Below, one piece after another: positions 1 through 11,176 of a DNA stretch of 24,000 bases (its first letter is position 1; the number at the start of each line of letters is the position of its first letter). This stretch comes from an uncultured Desulfobacterales bacterium (lineage in GTDB: Bacteria > Desulfobacterota > Desulfobaccia > Desulfobaccales > 0-14-0-80-60-11). The notes under the pieces were generated by a model. It did not search any database and was not told where the DNA came from. It saw only the letters and a program-made list of their open reading frames with translations. The translations under genes were made by a program, and so were the position numbers. The stretch lies in NCBI GenBank assembly GCA_964618815.1, contig CAZUBT010000010.1:32799-56798 (forward strand), given 5' to 3'.

Positions 1-2
1 CC

Positions 3-1346
3 ATGGCCCATCCCTTTGACGCCCTGGTGCTGGTGTGCAACTGCGATAAGATTATCCCGGGCATGCTCATGGCCGCGCTGCGCCTCAATATCCCCGCGAT
101 TCTCATTTCCGGCGGCCCCATGTTGGCCGGGCGCTACCAGGGGCGGGAGGTGGATCTCATCACCGTGTTTGAAGGAGTCGGCGCGGTCAAGGCCGGGCGC
201 ATGCCGGAAGCGGAACTGAAGGGCCTGGCGGAGTGCGCCTGTCCAGGGTGCGGCTCCTGCGCCGGCATGTTTACCGCCAACTCCATGAACTGTCTGAGCG
301 AGGCCTTGGGGCTGGCCCTGCCGGGAAACGGCACCATCCCCGCGGTGGCCGCGGCCCGCTTCCGGTTGGCCAAAGAAGCCGGGATGAAGATTATGGAATT
401 GGTGAACCGGCAGATTCTCCCCCGGCAGATCGCCACCTTAGAGGCCTTTAAAAACGCCACGGCCGTGGACATGGCCCTGGGCTGCTCCACCAACACGGTG
501 CTCCACGTGCCCGCCATCGCCCGGGAGGCAGGCATCGACCTGTCTTTGGATTTATTTAACGAAATCAGCGACCGCACGCCCCACCTCTGCCACCTGAGTC
601 CTGGCGGCCCCCACCACTTAGAGGACCTGGACCGGGCCGGGGGTGTGCCTGCGGTGATGAAGGAACTGATGGACGGGGGTCTGGTGTCAGGAGAGCCCCT
701 CACCGTTACCGGGGCCAAAGTGTCCGATAACCTGGCGGACGTCCGGGTGCTGGACCCCCAGGTAATCCGCTCCCTGAACAACCCCTATCACCGGCAAGGA
801 GGCATCGCCATCCTCCGGGGCAACCTGGCCCCGGAAGGCGGGGTGGTGAAGCAGTCCGCGGTGGACCCCCGGATGTTGGTGAACGAAGGCGCGGCCCGGG
901 TCTTTGAATCAGAGGAAGACGCCACCGCCGCCATCCTGGAAGGCCGGATCAAGCCGGGAGATATCATCGTGGTGCGCTACGAAGGCCCCAAAGGCGGACC
1001 CGGCATGAGGGAGATGCTCTCCCCCACTTCGGCCATCGCGGGGATGGGTCTGGATAAGGAAGTGGCGCTGTTGACCGACGGGCGCTTCAGCGGCGGCACC
1101 CGGGGCGCGGCCATCGGGCATATCTCCCCGGAGGCCGCGGAAGGCGGCCCCATCGCCCTGGTTAAGGAAGGAGACCGCATCAAGATCGATATCCCGGCGA
1201 AATCCATCACCCTGCTGGTGGACGACGCAGAACTTTTGCGCCGCCAAGCCGCGTGGCAGCCCCCGGAGCCCAAGATCAAGCACGGCTACGCAGCCCGTTA
1301 CAGCCGCATGGTCTCCTCCGGCAGCAAAGGCGCGGTGTGTGAATAA
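3..1346 (+). CDS. ilvD: Dihydroxy-acid dehydratase, C-terminal part (gene continues upstream of the window)
   Basis: Translation begins in the middle of the family with [39 protein letters not shown]; also [59 protein letters not shown] and [15 protein letters not shown]. The Met at position 3 is probably internal. Confidence 0.97.
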   Translation: MAHPFDALVLVCNCDKIIPGMLMAALRLNIPAILISGGPMLAGRYQGREVDLITVFEGVGAVKAGRMPEAELKGLAECACPGCGSCAGMFTANSMNCLSEALGLALPGNGTIPAVAAARFRLAKEAGMKIMELVNRQILPRQIATLEAFKNATAVDMALGCSTNTVLHVPAIAREAGIDLSLDLFNEISDRTPHLCHLSPGGPHHLEDLDRAGGVPAVMKELMDGGLVSGEPLTVTGAKVSDNLADVRVLDPQVIRSLNNPYHRQGGIAILRGNLAPEGGVVKQSAVDPRMLVNEGAARVFESEEDATAAILEGRIKPGDIIVVRYEGPKGGPGMREMLSPTSAIAGMGLDKEVALLTDGRFSGGTRGAAIGHISPEAAEGGPIALVKEGDRIKIDIPAKSITLLVDDAELLRRQAAWQPPEPKIKHGYAARYSRMVSSGSKGAVCE

Positions 1347-1644
1347 GAGGGGAAAGGAAATGTGGAACAGCCGCCCCCGGCTGTTCTTTGGTGGCACAGG
1401 CTTTCCAGCCTGTGCATGAGCCGGCGAGGGCGCCTACTCCACTGCGGATATCCAAGGTTCTATGAGGTGCGAATCTTGGCCCCATAAGTTGTTAATTCGC
1501 CCAAAAAGAATCGTCAAATTCATGACCTAATCGACAACCCGGCCGGGCGAGGTCAGCCAGGCTATCAATAAATGCCCTTCGGGGTTCACGACGAAACGAA
1601 TCTTTGATGATAAATAAAACTGTAACATCATATAGTTAATTGAG

Positions 1645-1653
1645 TTATCAACA
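1645..1653 (+). promoter_or_regulatory. DnaA-box-like 9-mer TTATCAACA upstream of dnaN
   Basis: One mismatch to the TTATCCACA consensus. A single site, so weak evidence. Confidence 0.2.
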
Positions 1654-1656
1654 AAC

Positions 1657-1686
1657 TTGACAGACCGTTATTATCACTTTTAAATT
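1657..1686 (+). promoter_or_regulatory. Candidate sigma-70 promoter for dnaN
   Basis: Perfect -35 TTGACA at 1657-1662. A weak -10 (TTAAAT/TAAATT) follows after 17-18 nt, at 1680-1686. Confidence 0.4.
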
Positions 1687-1714
1687 TACCTTTACTTTAA
1701 TGGGAGAATTGAAG

Positions 1715-2848
1715 ATGCGGGTGAATATGTCGCGGGAGACTCTGTTAAAGGGGGTGGGGCGGACCCTGGGAGTGGTGGATCGTCGGGGTAACATGCCCAT
1801 CTTGAGCAATTTTCTCTTCCAAGCCGAAGGGGATCGGGTAACCATTTCCGCCACGGACCTGGAGGTAAGCTTCCGGGGGTATTACCCCGCGGTGGTGGAA
1901 GAACCGGGGGCCTTAACCCTACCGGCCCACTATTGCTTCAATCTGATTAAAGAACTCCCTGGGGAATCCGTGGACCTCGTAGGCACGGAAAAATCCAACC
2001 TGAAGATGGAAGTGGGAGAATCTCACTACCATCTCCTGGGCCTGCCCGCGGATCAATTTCCTCCCATCCCCCAGGTCACCGACCAGAAGCTGGTGGAAGT
2101 GGAAAGCGCCTTGCTCCGGGAAATGATCGAGAAAACCATCTTCGCGGTGTCCGCGGACGACCTCCAGTACCATCTGTCCGGCATTTTCTGGGAACGGGTG
2201 CAAACCGAGGAAGGCGACTATATTCTGCGCCTGGTGTCCACCGACGGCCACCGCCTCACCCTGATTGAGCGCGCCCTGCCGGAAAGCGAGCATTTCGCCA
2301 TCGAAGAAGGCATCCTGATCCCCAGGAAAGGGGTAGCGGAAATCTCCCGCCTGCTGGCCGAAGAAGAAAAGGTGTCCATCGGCGTCACCCAGAAAAGCCT
2401 GGTGATCAAAGTAAATGAGAAATACCTATTCATCCGGTTGTTGGAAAAGAAATTTCCCGATTACCGCCGGATTATCCCGGAAAGCTTTGCCATCCGGTTT
2501 GCCCTGAACCGCCGGATGCTGCACGACACCCTGCGGCGCATCTCTTTGCTGTCCACCGAGCGTTTTAAAGGGGTGATTTTTAGACTGGGGGAGAATGCCG
2601 CGGAAGTTACCTTTACCAACCCGGAAATCGGGGATGGCCGGGAGACCTTTCCATTGACCCTGGAGATGGGCGATCCCGAGGGCCTGCCGATAGAGATCGG
2701 CTACAACGCCCGTTATCTATTGGAGCCGTTGAGCGTCATGACGGGAGAGACGGTGTTCCTGGAAGTGAACGAAAAAGACCGCCCCTGCCGCCTGATGGAT
2801 AAGGACGACCCCGGCTACTTCGCCATCATCATGCCCATGAGTTTGTAA
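1715..2848 (+). CDS. dnaN: DNA polymerase III beta subunit (sliding clamp)
   Basis: MRVNMSRETLLKGVGRTLGVVDRRGNMPILSNFLFQAEGDRVTISATDLEVSF...VSTDGHRL...YNARYLLEPL...CRLMDKDDPGYFAIIMPM. Start set at 1715 because GGGAGA at 1702-1707 is a well-spaced SD; the longest ORF starts at 1700. Confidence 0.97.
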   Translation: MRVNMSRETLLKGVGRTLGVVDRRGNMPILSNFLFQAEGDRVTISATDLEVSFRGYYPAVVEEPGALTLPAHYCFNLIKELPGESVDLVGTEKSNLKMEVGESHYHLLGLPADQFPPIPQVTDQKLVEVESALLREMIEKTIFAVSADDLQYHLSGIFWERVQTEEGDYILRLVSTDGHRLTLIERALPESEHFAIEEGILIPRKGVAEISRLLAEEEKVSIGVTQKSLVIKVNEKYLFIRLLEKKFPDYRRIIPESFAIRFALNRRMLHDTLRRISLLSTERFKGVIFRLGENAAEVTFTNPEIGDGRETFPLTLEMGDPEGLPIEIGYNARYLLEPLSVMTGETVFLEVNEKDRPCRLMDKDDPGYFAIIMPMSL

Positions 2849-2925
2849 AGACGGTTTTCGGTTTCCGGTTTTCAGTTTTCGGTAAAAATTATAAAATCGG
2901 ATTTGTTAGGCGCTCAGGGCACATT

Positions 2926-2953
2926 AATGTGGGGCGCGTAATACCCCCACATT
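2926..2953 (+). terminator. Terminator-like hairpin downstream of dnaN
   Basis: Arms AATGTGGGG (2926-2934) and CCCCACATT (2945-2953), followed by TTGAAAATT. The T-tract is weak. Confidence 0.4.
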
Positions 2954-3047
2954 TTGAAAATTAAAAATAAACACCATACTTTACTTAAAGAAATACAATA
3001 TTCTCATTTGGCCTGATACCGAAAACCGAAAACCGAAAACTTTTTTT

Positions 3048-3500
3048 ATGGCCCGCATCGGCATTATTACCTGTTCCAATTGCACTCAGGAAACGCACTG
3101 CGCTTCAGTAGTGTGTCTGGGGGATTTACGGAAGCGACGGGGTTTCTTCGAGCAGTATCCTAAAGATGAGCCGTTGGATTTGATCGGGATTATCAATTGC
3201 GCCGGTTGTCCAACCTTGGTAGCGCCGGAAAAAATCTTAAAAAGAGTGCGGGCCGTGGCAGAATTTAAAATTGACGCCTTGCATCTGTCATTTTGCATGG
3301 TGGCTCTTTGTCCTTTTATCCATAAATATATGGACTTGATTAAACAGGCGTTTCCTGATATAAGTATAATAATGGGGACGCATCAACCTGTTGATAAAGA
3401 AAGGTTTAAAAAAGGCGTCAAAGAACTGTTGTGTCAAACTTTGAATCCTTCCCAAACCATGAATGACATGATTAGAGGCACAATAAAAATTCCACAGTAA
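3048..3500 (+). CDS. CGGC domain-containing small Cys-rich protein
   Basis: MARIGIITCSNCTQETHCASVVCLGDLRKRRGFFEQYP...IGIINCAGCPTLVAPEKILKRVRAV...LHLSFCMVALCPF, with conserved cysteine clusters typical of CGGC-domain proteins. Confidence 0.75.
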   Translation: MARIGIITCSNCTQETHCASVVCLGDLRKRRGFFEQYPKDEPLDLIGIINCAGCPTLVAPEKILKRVRAVAEFKIDALHLSFCMVALCPFIHKYMDLIKQAFPDISIIMGTHQPVDKERFKKGVKELLCQTLNPSQTMNDMIRGTIKIPQ

Positions 3501-3517
3501 TAGTTTCTTCTCATTGA

Positions 3518-5965
<2,448 letters not shown>

Positions 5966-6060
5966 CATGTGAAGGAAAGCTGAAGGGGAGAAAGTCTCAA
6001 GCGGCTGCCTTCGGGTGGCCTTCCCTTCAGGATGATACCTTATAAAAAGGAGAAACCTTT

Positions 6061-6465
6061 ATGCATCGCAAAGCCAGCTTCAAAATCTTCGTCACTCGCC
6101 GGGAAATGCTCCCCGTGGGCGATGTCCCTGACCATTCCCTGATGCTCACCGAGATGGAGGGAGAACCCATCAATTATACCCCTGGGGTGGCCGGAGAATT
6201 TATCACCCGCCGCAGCGTCGGCTTTCATGACCGTATCAAAGGCGACGGCCCCATGCAGGGTTATGCCACCACCATCTACCAGAACGGCGTGGTGTACTCC
6301 CGCTTCCATGGAGAAAAAATGGGAGACATGACCAAGGGTACATGGGAGGTTTTTAAAGGCATTGGCAAGTTGAGCGGCCTCAAGGGGACCGGCACCTTTA
6401 TTGTTAAACCCGGCAAAAAGCACGGCGAGTTCATCCTGGACATGGAAGGGGAATACACCCTGTAG
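6061..6465 (+). CDS. Hypothetical protein of 134 aa (possible small beta-rich fold)
   Basis: Complete ORF with SD AAAAGGAGAAA immediately upstream. No family recognised with certainty. Confidence 0.65.
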   Translation: MHRKASFKIFVTRREMLPVGDVPDHSLMLTEMEGEPINYTPGVAGEFITRRSVGFHDRIKGDGPMQGYATTIYQNGVVYSRFHGEKMGDMTKGTWEVFKGIGKLSGLKGTGTFIVKPGKKHGEFILDMEGEYTL

Positions 6466-6613
6466 GACCAGCCTGCCATTCCACTGAAATGAAATGGAGA
6501 TTGGGGCATGCCTGAGGATCATTGGGGGAACAGGGTTCCCCCATTTCCTTTTAATAGGTTTTATCGGTGGGATGGTATAAAAATCCTGGTTTAATTATAC
6601 CGGGGAGAGTGTT

Positions 6614-6970
6614 ATGAACTGCGCCCGTTGTCATAATCCCCTGAATCCGGAGGAGGCCCGGGAACTTACCGGGCAGCGCCTGTGTGAAGACTGTTATCTG
6701 GATGCCGTGAGCACGGTGCGCACCTGCGACCCCTGGGCGGTGCATACGGCCCGGAGCCTCAAGGACCAGGACGGCAAACATTATCTGACCCCGGTGCAAC
6801 AACAGTTTTATGACCTGGTAAAGACCCGGGGGGAAGTGCCGGTTCCCGAAGCCGCCCGGGCCCTGGGACTCACCGAGGAGGAGCTGCGCCGGGAGTTTGC
6901 CCCCCTGCGCCACATGGAGCTCCTGCGGGCCGGCAAAAAGGATCAACTGATTTTTATCACCTTATTTTGA
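6614..6970 (+). CDS. Zinc-ribbon N-terminal / winged-helix-like C-terminal hypothetical protein
   Basis: MNCARCHNPL...GQRLCEDCYLDAVSTVRTCDPWAVHTA has two CxxC pairs. The C-terminal VPVPEAARALGLTEEELRREFAPLRHMELLR looks like a helix-turn-helix. The gene overlaps the start of the sigma factor ORF. Confidence 0.7.
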   Translation: MNCARCHNPLNPEEARELTGQRLCEDCYLDAVSTVRTCDPWAVHTARSLKDQDGKHYLTPVQQQFYDLVKTRGEVPVPEAARALGLTEEELRREFAPLRHMELLRAGKKDQLIFITLF

Positions 6971-7521
6971 GCGAAACTCCCACCGATCTGGATTATGCCC
7001 TGCTGCGCCGGGTGGCCCGGGGGGACCAAGAGGCCCTCACGGAACTCATTCGCCGCCATCAGGGGCGCCTCATGCAAATCGCCTACCGTTTGCTGAAAGA
7101 CCCCCTGGAGGCGGAAGACGCCCTCCAGGAGGTCTTTCTCAAGGCTTATGAACACGCCCACCGTTTTGAGCCCAGGTCCTCGGTTTCCGCCTGGCTCAAC
7201 CGCATTACCGCCAACCACTGCCTGAACCTCCTGCGGGCGCGGCATCCCGCCGAGTCCCTGGACGAAGAGGGCGCCTCGCCGGTGGCGGATTCCGGCCCCT
7301 CGCCCCTTGAGGCCCTGGAAGAGCAGGATCTGAGCCGCCGATTGGAGGAACTGCTGGGCGCCTTGCCGGAAAACCAGCGCCGGGCCTTGATCCTGAAGCG
7401 CTTCGGGGGCCTGTCTTATCAGGAAATCGGGGAACAGATGGGCCTCAGCCCCCAGGCAGTGGACGGCCTGCTGAAACGGGCCCGGCAGTTTTTGAAAAAG
7501 GCGTTGGCGGATTATTTATAG
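6967..7521 (+). CDS. RNA polymerase sigma factor, ECF (sigma-70 region 2 / region 4) family
   Basis: ALLRRVARGDQEALTELIRRHQGRLMQIAYRLLKDPLEAEDALQEVFLKAYEHAHRFEPRSSVSAWLNRITANHCLNLLR (region 2) and LPENQRRALILKRFGGLSYQEIGEQMGLSPQAVDGLLKRARQFLKK (region 4). The TTG start overlaps the upstream TGA. Confidence 0.93.
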   Translation: MSETPTDLDYALLRRVARGDQEALTELIRRHQGRLMQIAYRLLKDPLEAEDALQEVFLKAYEHAHRFEPRSSVSAWLNRITANHCLNLLRARHPAESLDEEGASPVADSGPSPLEALEEQDLSRRLEELLGALPENQRRALILKRFGGLSYQEIGEQMGLSPQAVDGLLKRARQFLKKALADYL

Positions 7522-7731
7522 AAAGCGCAGAAGCACGCGGATGCACACAGATAGAGATGGAAAAATCCGTGGGGACCTGCGTTCATCTGCGGATCAAATA
7601 TTGAGCCTCTTGCAAAGGTGGTTTCGAGGGGAGGGCCGGGGGACATTTTTCGTAAGGGTTCCCCCGCCCTCCCCTCTAACTCCCCTCCCAACCCCCTTTA
7701 ATACCAATTCGCCATCAAACGTAATTTTTTC

Positions 7732-7789
7732 GTAGGGGCGAACCTAGGGTTCGCCCACCATTCAGGGCGAACCCAAGGTTCGCCCCTAC
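7732..7789. repeat. Long inverted repeat (dispersed MITE/REP-like element)
   Basis: Arm 1 GTAGGGGCGAACCTAGGGTTCGCCC (7732-7756), 8-nt spacer, arm 2 GGGCGAACCCAAGGTTCGCCCCTAC (7765-7789); the arms pair at 24 of 25 positions. Confidence 0.85.
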
Positions 7790-7877
7790 TCAAGAGACTT
7801 CCCCATCGGTAAAATCCCTTTCCGTTGCGGCTCTTAACCTTTATTCCTGGAGGGGGAATGTTTATTATTAGGCCGAC

Positions 7878-10800
7878 ATGAAGATTCACGAACTCCTTTC
7901 CCCGGCGAACATCGTCCCCCGGTTTGACCCCGGGCCCGATGACCCTCTGAAGGCCCTCGTTGCCCTGGCCCGCGCCCGGGCGGGGTCGGCGGTGGACGCG
8001 GCGCGCTTTGAGGCGGAGGAGCTTAAACTCATCCACGGCTATCTGGGAGAGGGCCTGGGGATCTTCCATAACCTGACGGACGCGGTGGATGCGCCGCTTC
8101 TGGTCCTGGCCCTGGCCCCGTCCGGAGTGCAGGTAACCGGCCAGAACCTCCGGGCGCTGGCCGCGCTGCTCTCCCCCCTGAAAGACAGCGGCTACCATTT
8201 TCAGATCCTCTCCAAGCTCATCGCGCTGCTTCGCAATCCGCGCTTCCGGGAAGAATTGCTGGCCAAGGAGACCCCCGGCGAGCTCCTGCGGGCCGTGAAG
8301 CTGGAGGAAGAGTCGGGGCGGGAGCGTTATTGGGTATTGTCCCGGGACGAGGTCCTAACGGAGCTGGAGACCACCGCGCGGGGTCTGTCTCCGGAGGAAG
8401 CCGCGGCCCGCCTTAAGGAGATCGGCCCCAACCGCATCGCCCGGGTTCGGCGCCGGCCCCTGATCCTGCGCTTCGGGGCCAATCTGGTCAATCTCTTTGC
8501 CCTCCTGCTCTGGGCCGCGTCCGGGTTTGCCTACCTGGCGGGGATGCCGGAGCTGGCCTATGCCATCCCCTTAGTGATCTTGATTAACGCGGTTTTCAGC
8601 TTTTTTCAGGAGTACCGGGCCGAAAAGGCCGTTGAGGCCCTGGAACGGCTCATTCCCGCCATGACCAGGGTGGTTCGGGATGGTGAAGTGTGGCAGGTGG
8701 AGGCAGCCGGCTTGGCCCCGGGGGATATCATTCTCCTGGAGGCGGGGGATCAGGTTCCCGGGGACGCCCGCCTCATCGAGGCCGAGGATTTCCGGGTGGA
8801 CAACAGCGCCCTCACCGGAGAGTCCCGCCCGGCTTACAAGTTTGCGGAGCCGGTGGAGGACGGCCAGGAATTTCTCTGGATTGAGATGCCCAACTTGGTC
8901 TTTGCCGGCACCGCCGTGGTATCCGGCTCTGCCCGGGGCGTGGTCATGGCCACGGGCATGGACACCCAGCTGGGCAATATCGCGTCCCTGACTCAGGCGG
9001 TGGAGGAGAAACCCAGCCCCCTTCAGCAGGAGATGCGGGTGGTGGGCAAGGTGGTGGCCGGGGTGGCCTGCTCCGTGGGCCTGGTATTTTTCCTGGCGGG
9101 GATCGTCACCGGCAAGCTCACCTTCCTGGCCAGCCTGATCTTCGCCATCGGCATGATCGTGGCTTTCGTGCCCGAGGGCCTCTTGCCCACCCTGAGCCTA
9201 TCTCTGGCCATGGGGGTGCAGCGCATGGCCCGGAAAAACGCCCTGGTGAAAAAGCTGTCCTCCGTGGAAACCCTGGGCGCGGCCACGGTCATCTGCACCG
9301 ACAAGACCGGCACCCTAACCACCAACGAAATCGTGGTGGGGCGCGTCTGGTTGGGAGGGGAGCTCTTGGGGGTGACCGGGTCGGGCTTCCAACCCCAGGG
9401 CCGCCTGGAACTGCACGGAGAACCGTTGTCCCCGAAAAAGCTGGAAAGCCCCCTGATGGAGTTATTTACCCGAGGCGCGATCCTCTGCAATAACGCGTCT
9501 TTAAGCGCTGCCGGCAAGGTAACGGGAGACCCCACCGAGGCTGCGCTTTTAGCGCTGGCCGCCAAAGCCGGGAAAAATTGGCAGGAGGTCCGGGCCGCCG
9601 CGCCCCGGCGCAAGGCCTTTCCCTTTGAGTCGGTGCGCAAACGCATGAGCGTCATTCATACCTCTCCACAGGGCAGGTTGCACTGCTGGGTCAAAGGCGC
9701 GCCGGATACCCTGATCCCCCTGTGCCGCACTGTGACCGAATGGGATGGCCAGGAGCGGCCCCTCACGACCCAGGACCGGGCCGGGTTAATTCAAGTGATG
9801 AATGACCTGGCCCAGAAGGGACTCCGCCTCCTGGCCCTGGCCTGGAAAGAGGCGGACTCCCCGGAGATGAGCCAGGCCCAGGCGGAGAGCGGCCTCAGCT
9901 TCCTGGGGATTGCCGGCATGATGGACCCGCCCCGGCGGGAAGTGCCCGGCGCCATTGAGAAATGCCATAGGGCCGGGATTCGCGTCATCATGATCACCGG
10001 AGATTACGGCGGCACCGCCCGGGCCATCGCCGGGGAGGTCGGCCTGCGCCTTGATGCCCGGACCCCGGTGATGACCGGAGACCAGGTCTCCCGCCTGCCG
10101 GAGGCGCAACTGCGCAAAATCCTCAAGGGCAAGGAGGATCTGGTCTTTGCCCGCACGTCCCCGGAAGATAAGCTGCGCATCGTCATGGCCCTGCGCGACC
10201 TGGGCCAGGTGGTGGCGGTCACCGGCGACGGGGTGAACGACGGCCCGGCCCTCAAAGCCGCGGACATCGGGGTGGCCATGGGGAAACGGGGCGCTGAAGT
10301 GAGCAAAGAGGCTGCGTCCATGGTCCTGGCGGATGACAATTTCGCGTCCATCGTCACCGCCATTGAAGAGGGCCGGGCGGTTTACGCCAATATCAAGAAA
10401 TTCATCACCTATATCTTTGCCTCCAACGTGGCGGAAGCCATTCCCTTTATCCTGTTCGTGTTAATGGGCATCCCCCTGCCCCTGGGGATCATGCAGGTCC
10501 TGGCGGTGGACCTGGGCGCGGACCTGCTCCCGGCCCTGGCCCTGGGTTCCGAGCCGCCGGAGCCGGGGATCATGGACCGGCCGCCCCGCAACCGTAAGGC
10601 CCATCTCATCAATCCGGAGGTGGCCCGGCGTTTCGCGTTCCTGGGCCTCCTCACCGGGGCCGCGGGGATGCTGGCTTATTTCTATGCCTATCTTACCGGG
10701 GGCTGGCGCCCGGGCCTGGAAATGGCCGCGTCCGGGCCGCTTTATGCCCGGGCCACCACCATGTGCTACGGCGGCATCATCATGGCGGCGGCGGGCAACG

Positions 10801-11069
10801 CCCTGGCCCTGCGCACCGACCGGGAATCCATCTTCAGGGTGGGCCTGACCTCAAACCGCCTACTGCTGGCGGGCCTGGTCAGTGTGCCCCTGGTCCTGCT
10901 GGCCCTGAGCCAGGTGCCGGTCCTGCAACGCAGCTTCGGCACCGCGCCTTTGAGGGGGACGGACTGGCTGGTTCTCCTGATTTTCCCCGTGGTGCAGGTT
11001 TTGGCGGACGAGGCCCGCAAGGCCTGGGCGCGCCGGCGGGATCGGGGGGAGGGGAAGCATAAGGCTTGA
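7878..11069 (+). CDS. Cation-transporting class II P-type ATPase (Na,K/Ca-type) with an N-terminal PTS EIIA type-2-like domain
   Basis: ATPase motifs: VDNSALTGES, ICTDKTGTLTTNEI, CWVKGAPD, GIAGMMDPPRREVP, VITGDYGGTARAIA, VTGDGVNDGPALKAADIGVAMG. Transmembrane motifs: VAFVPEGLLPT, FASNVAEAIPF, VLAVDLGADLLPALALG. Residues 1-145 resemble EIIA: MKIHELLSPANIV...GYLGEGLGIFHNL...LLALLAPSGV-like segment...GYHFQILSKLIALLRNPRFREELLAKETPGELLRAV. Confidence 0.93.
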   Translation: MKIHELLSPANIVPRFDPGPDDPLKALVALARARAGSAVDAARFEAEELKLIHGYLGEGLGIFHNLTDAVDAPLLVLALAPSGVQVTGQNLRALAALLSPLKDSGYHFQILSKLIALLRNPRFREELLAKETPGELLRAVKLEEESGRERYWVLSRDEVLTELETTARGLSPEEAAARLKEIGPNRIARVRRRPLILRFGANLVNLFALLLWAASGFAYLAGMPELAYAIPLVILINAVFSFFQEYRAEKAVEALERLIPAMTRVVRDGEVWQVEAAGLAPGDIILLEAGDQVPGDARLIEAEDFRVDNSALTGESRPAYKFAEPVEDGQEFLWIEMPNLVFAGTAVVSGSARGVVMATGMDTQLGNIASLTQAVEEKPSPLQQEMRVVGKVVAGVACSVGLVFFLAGIVTGKLTFLASLIFAIGMIVAFVPEGLLPTLSLSLAMGVQRMARKNALVKKLSSVETLGAATVICTDKTGTLTTNEIVVGRVWLGGELLGVTGSGFQPQGRLELHGEPLSPKKLESPLMELFTRGAILCNNASLSAAGKVTGDPTEAALLALAAKAGKNWQEVRAAAPRRKAFPFESVRKRMSVIHTSPQGRLHCWVKGAPDTLIPLCRTVTEWDGQERPLTTQDRAGLIQVMNDLAQKGLRLLALAWKEADSPEMSQAQAESGLSFLGIAGMMDPPRREVPGAIEKCHRAGIRVIMITGDYGGTARAIAGEVGLRLDARTPVMTGDQVSRLPEAQLRKILKGKEDLVFARTSPEDKLRIVMALRDLGQVVAVTGDGVNDGPALKAADIGVAMGKRGAEVSKEAASMVLADDNFASIVTAIEEGRAVYANIKKFITYIFASNVAEAIPFILFVLMGIPLPLGIMQVLAVDLGADLLPALALGSEPPEPGIMDRPPRNRKAHLINPEVARRFAFLGLLTGAAGMLAYFYAYLTGGWRPGLEMAASGPLYARATTMCYGGIIMAAAGNALALRTDRESIFRVGLTSNRLLLAGLVSVPLVLLALSQVPVLQRSFGTAPLRGTDWLVLLIFPVVQVLADEARKAWARRRDRGEGKHKA

Positions 11070-11176
11070 GGGGAAGGCCGGGGGAAAACCATTCCCCGCC
11101 ATTCCCTCAAACTCCCCTCCCATCCCCCTTTAAGGGGGTTGGGAGAGCGGGTTTGGGAGAGGATTGTCAGCGGGCC

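Noticed and set aside
134-781. 215-aa minus-strand ORF within ilvD, and similar shadows at 4421-5095, 9023-9655 and 909-1397
   Set aside because: Low-complexity or Pro/Arg/Ser-rich translations opposite strong core genes. No homology pattern.
1566-1700. Replication origin (oriC) upstream of dnaN
   Set aside because: Only one imperfect DnaA box and no dnaA gene in the window. Not enough support; a GC-skew plot of the genome would be needed.
7541-7735. Small ORF after the sigma factor
   Set aside because: The translation derives from the dispersed CACAGATAG/CATCTGCGG repeat and a poly-C stretch. Not a convincing gene.
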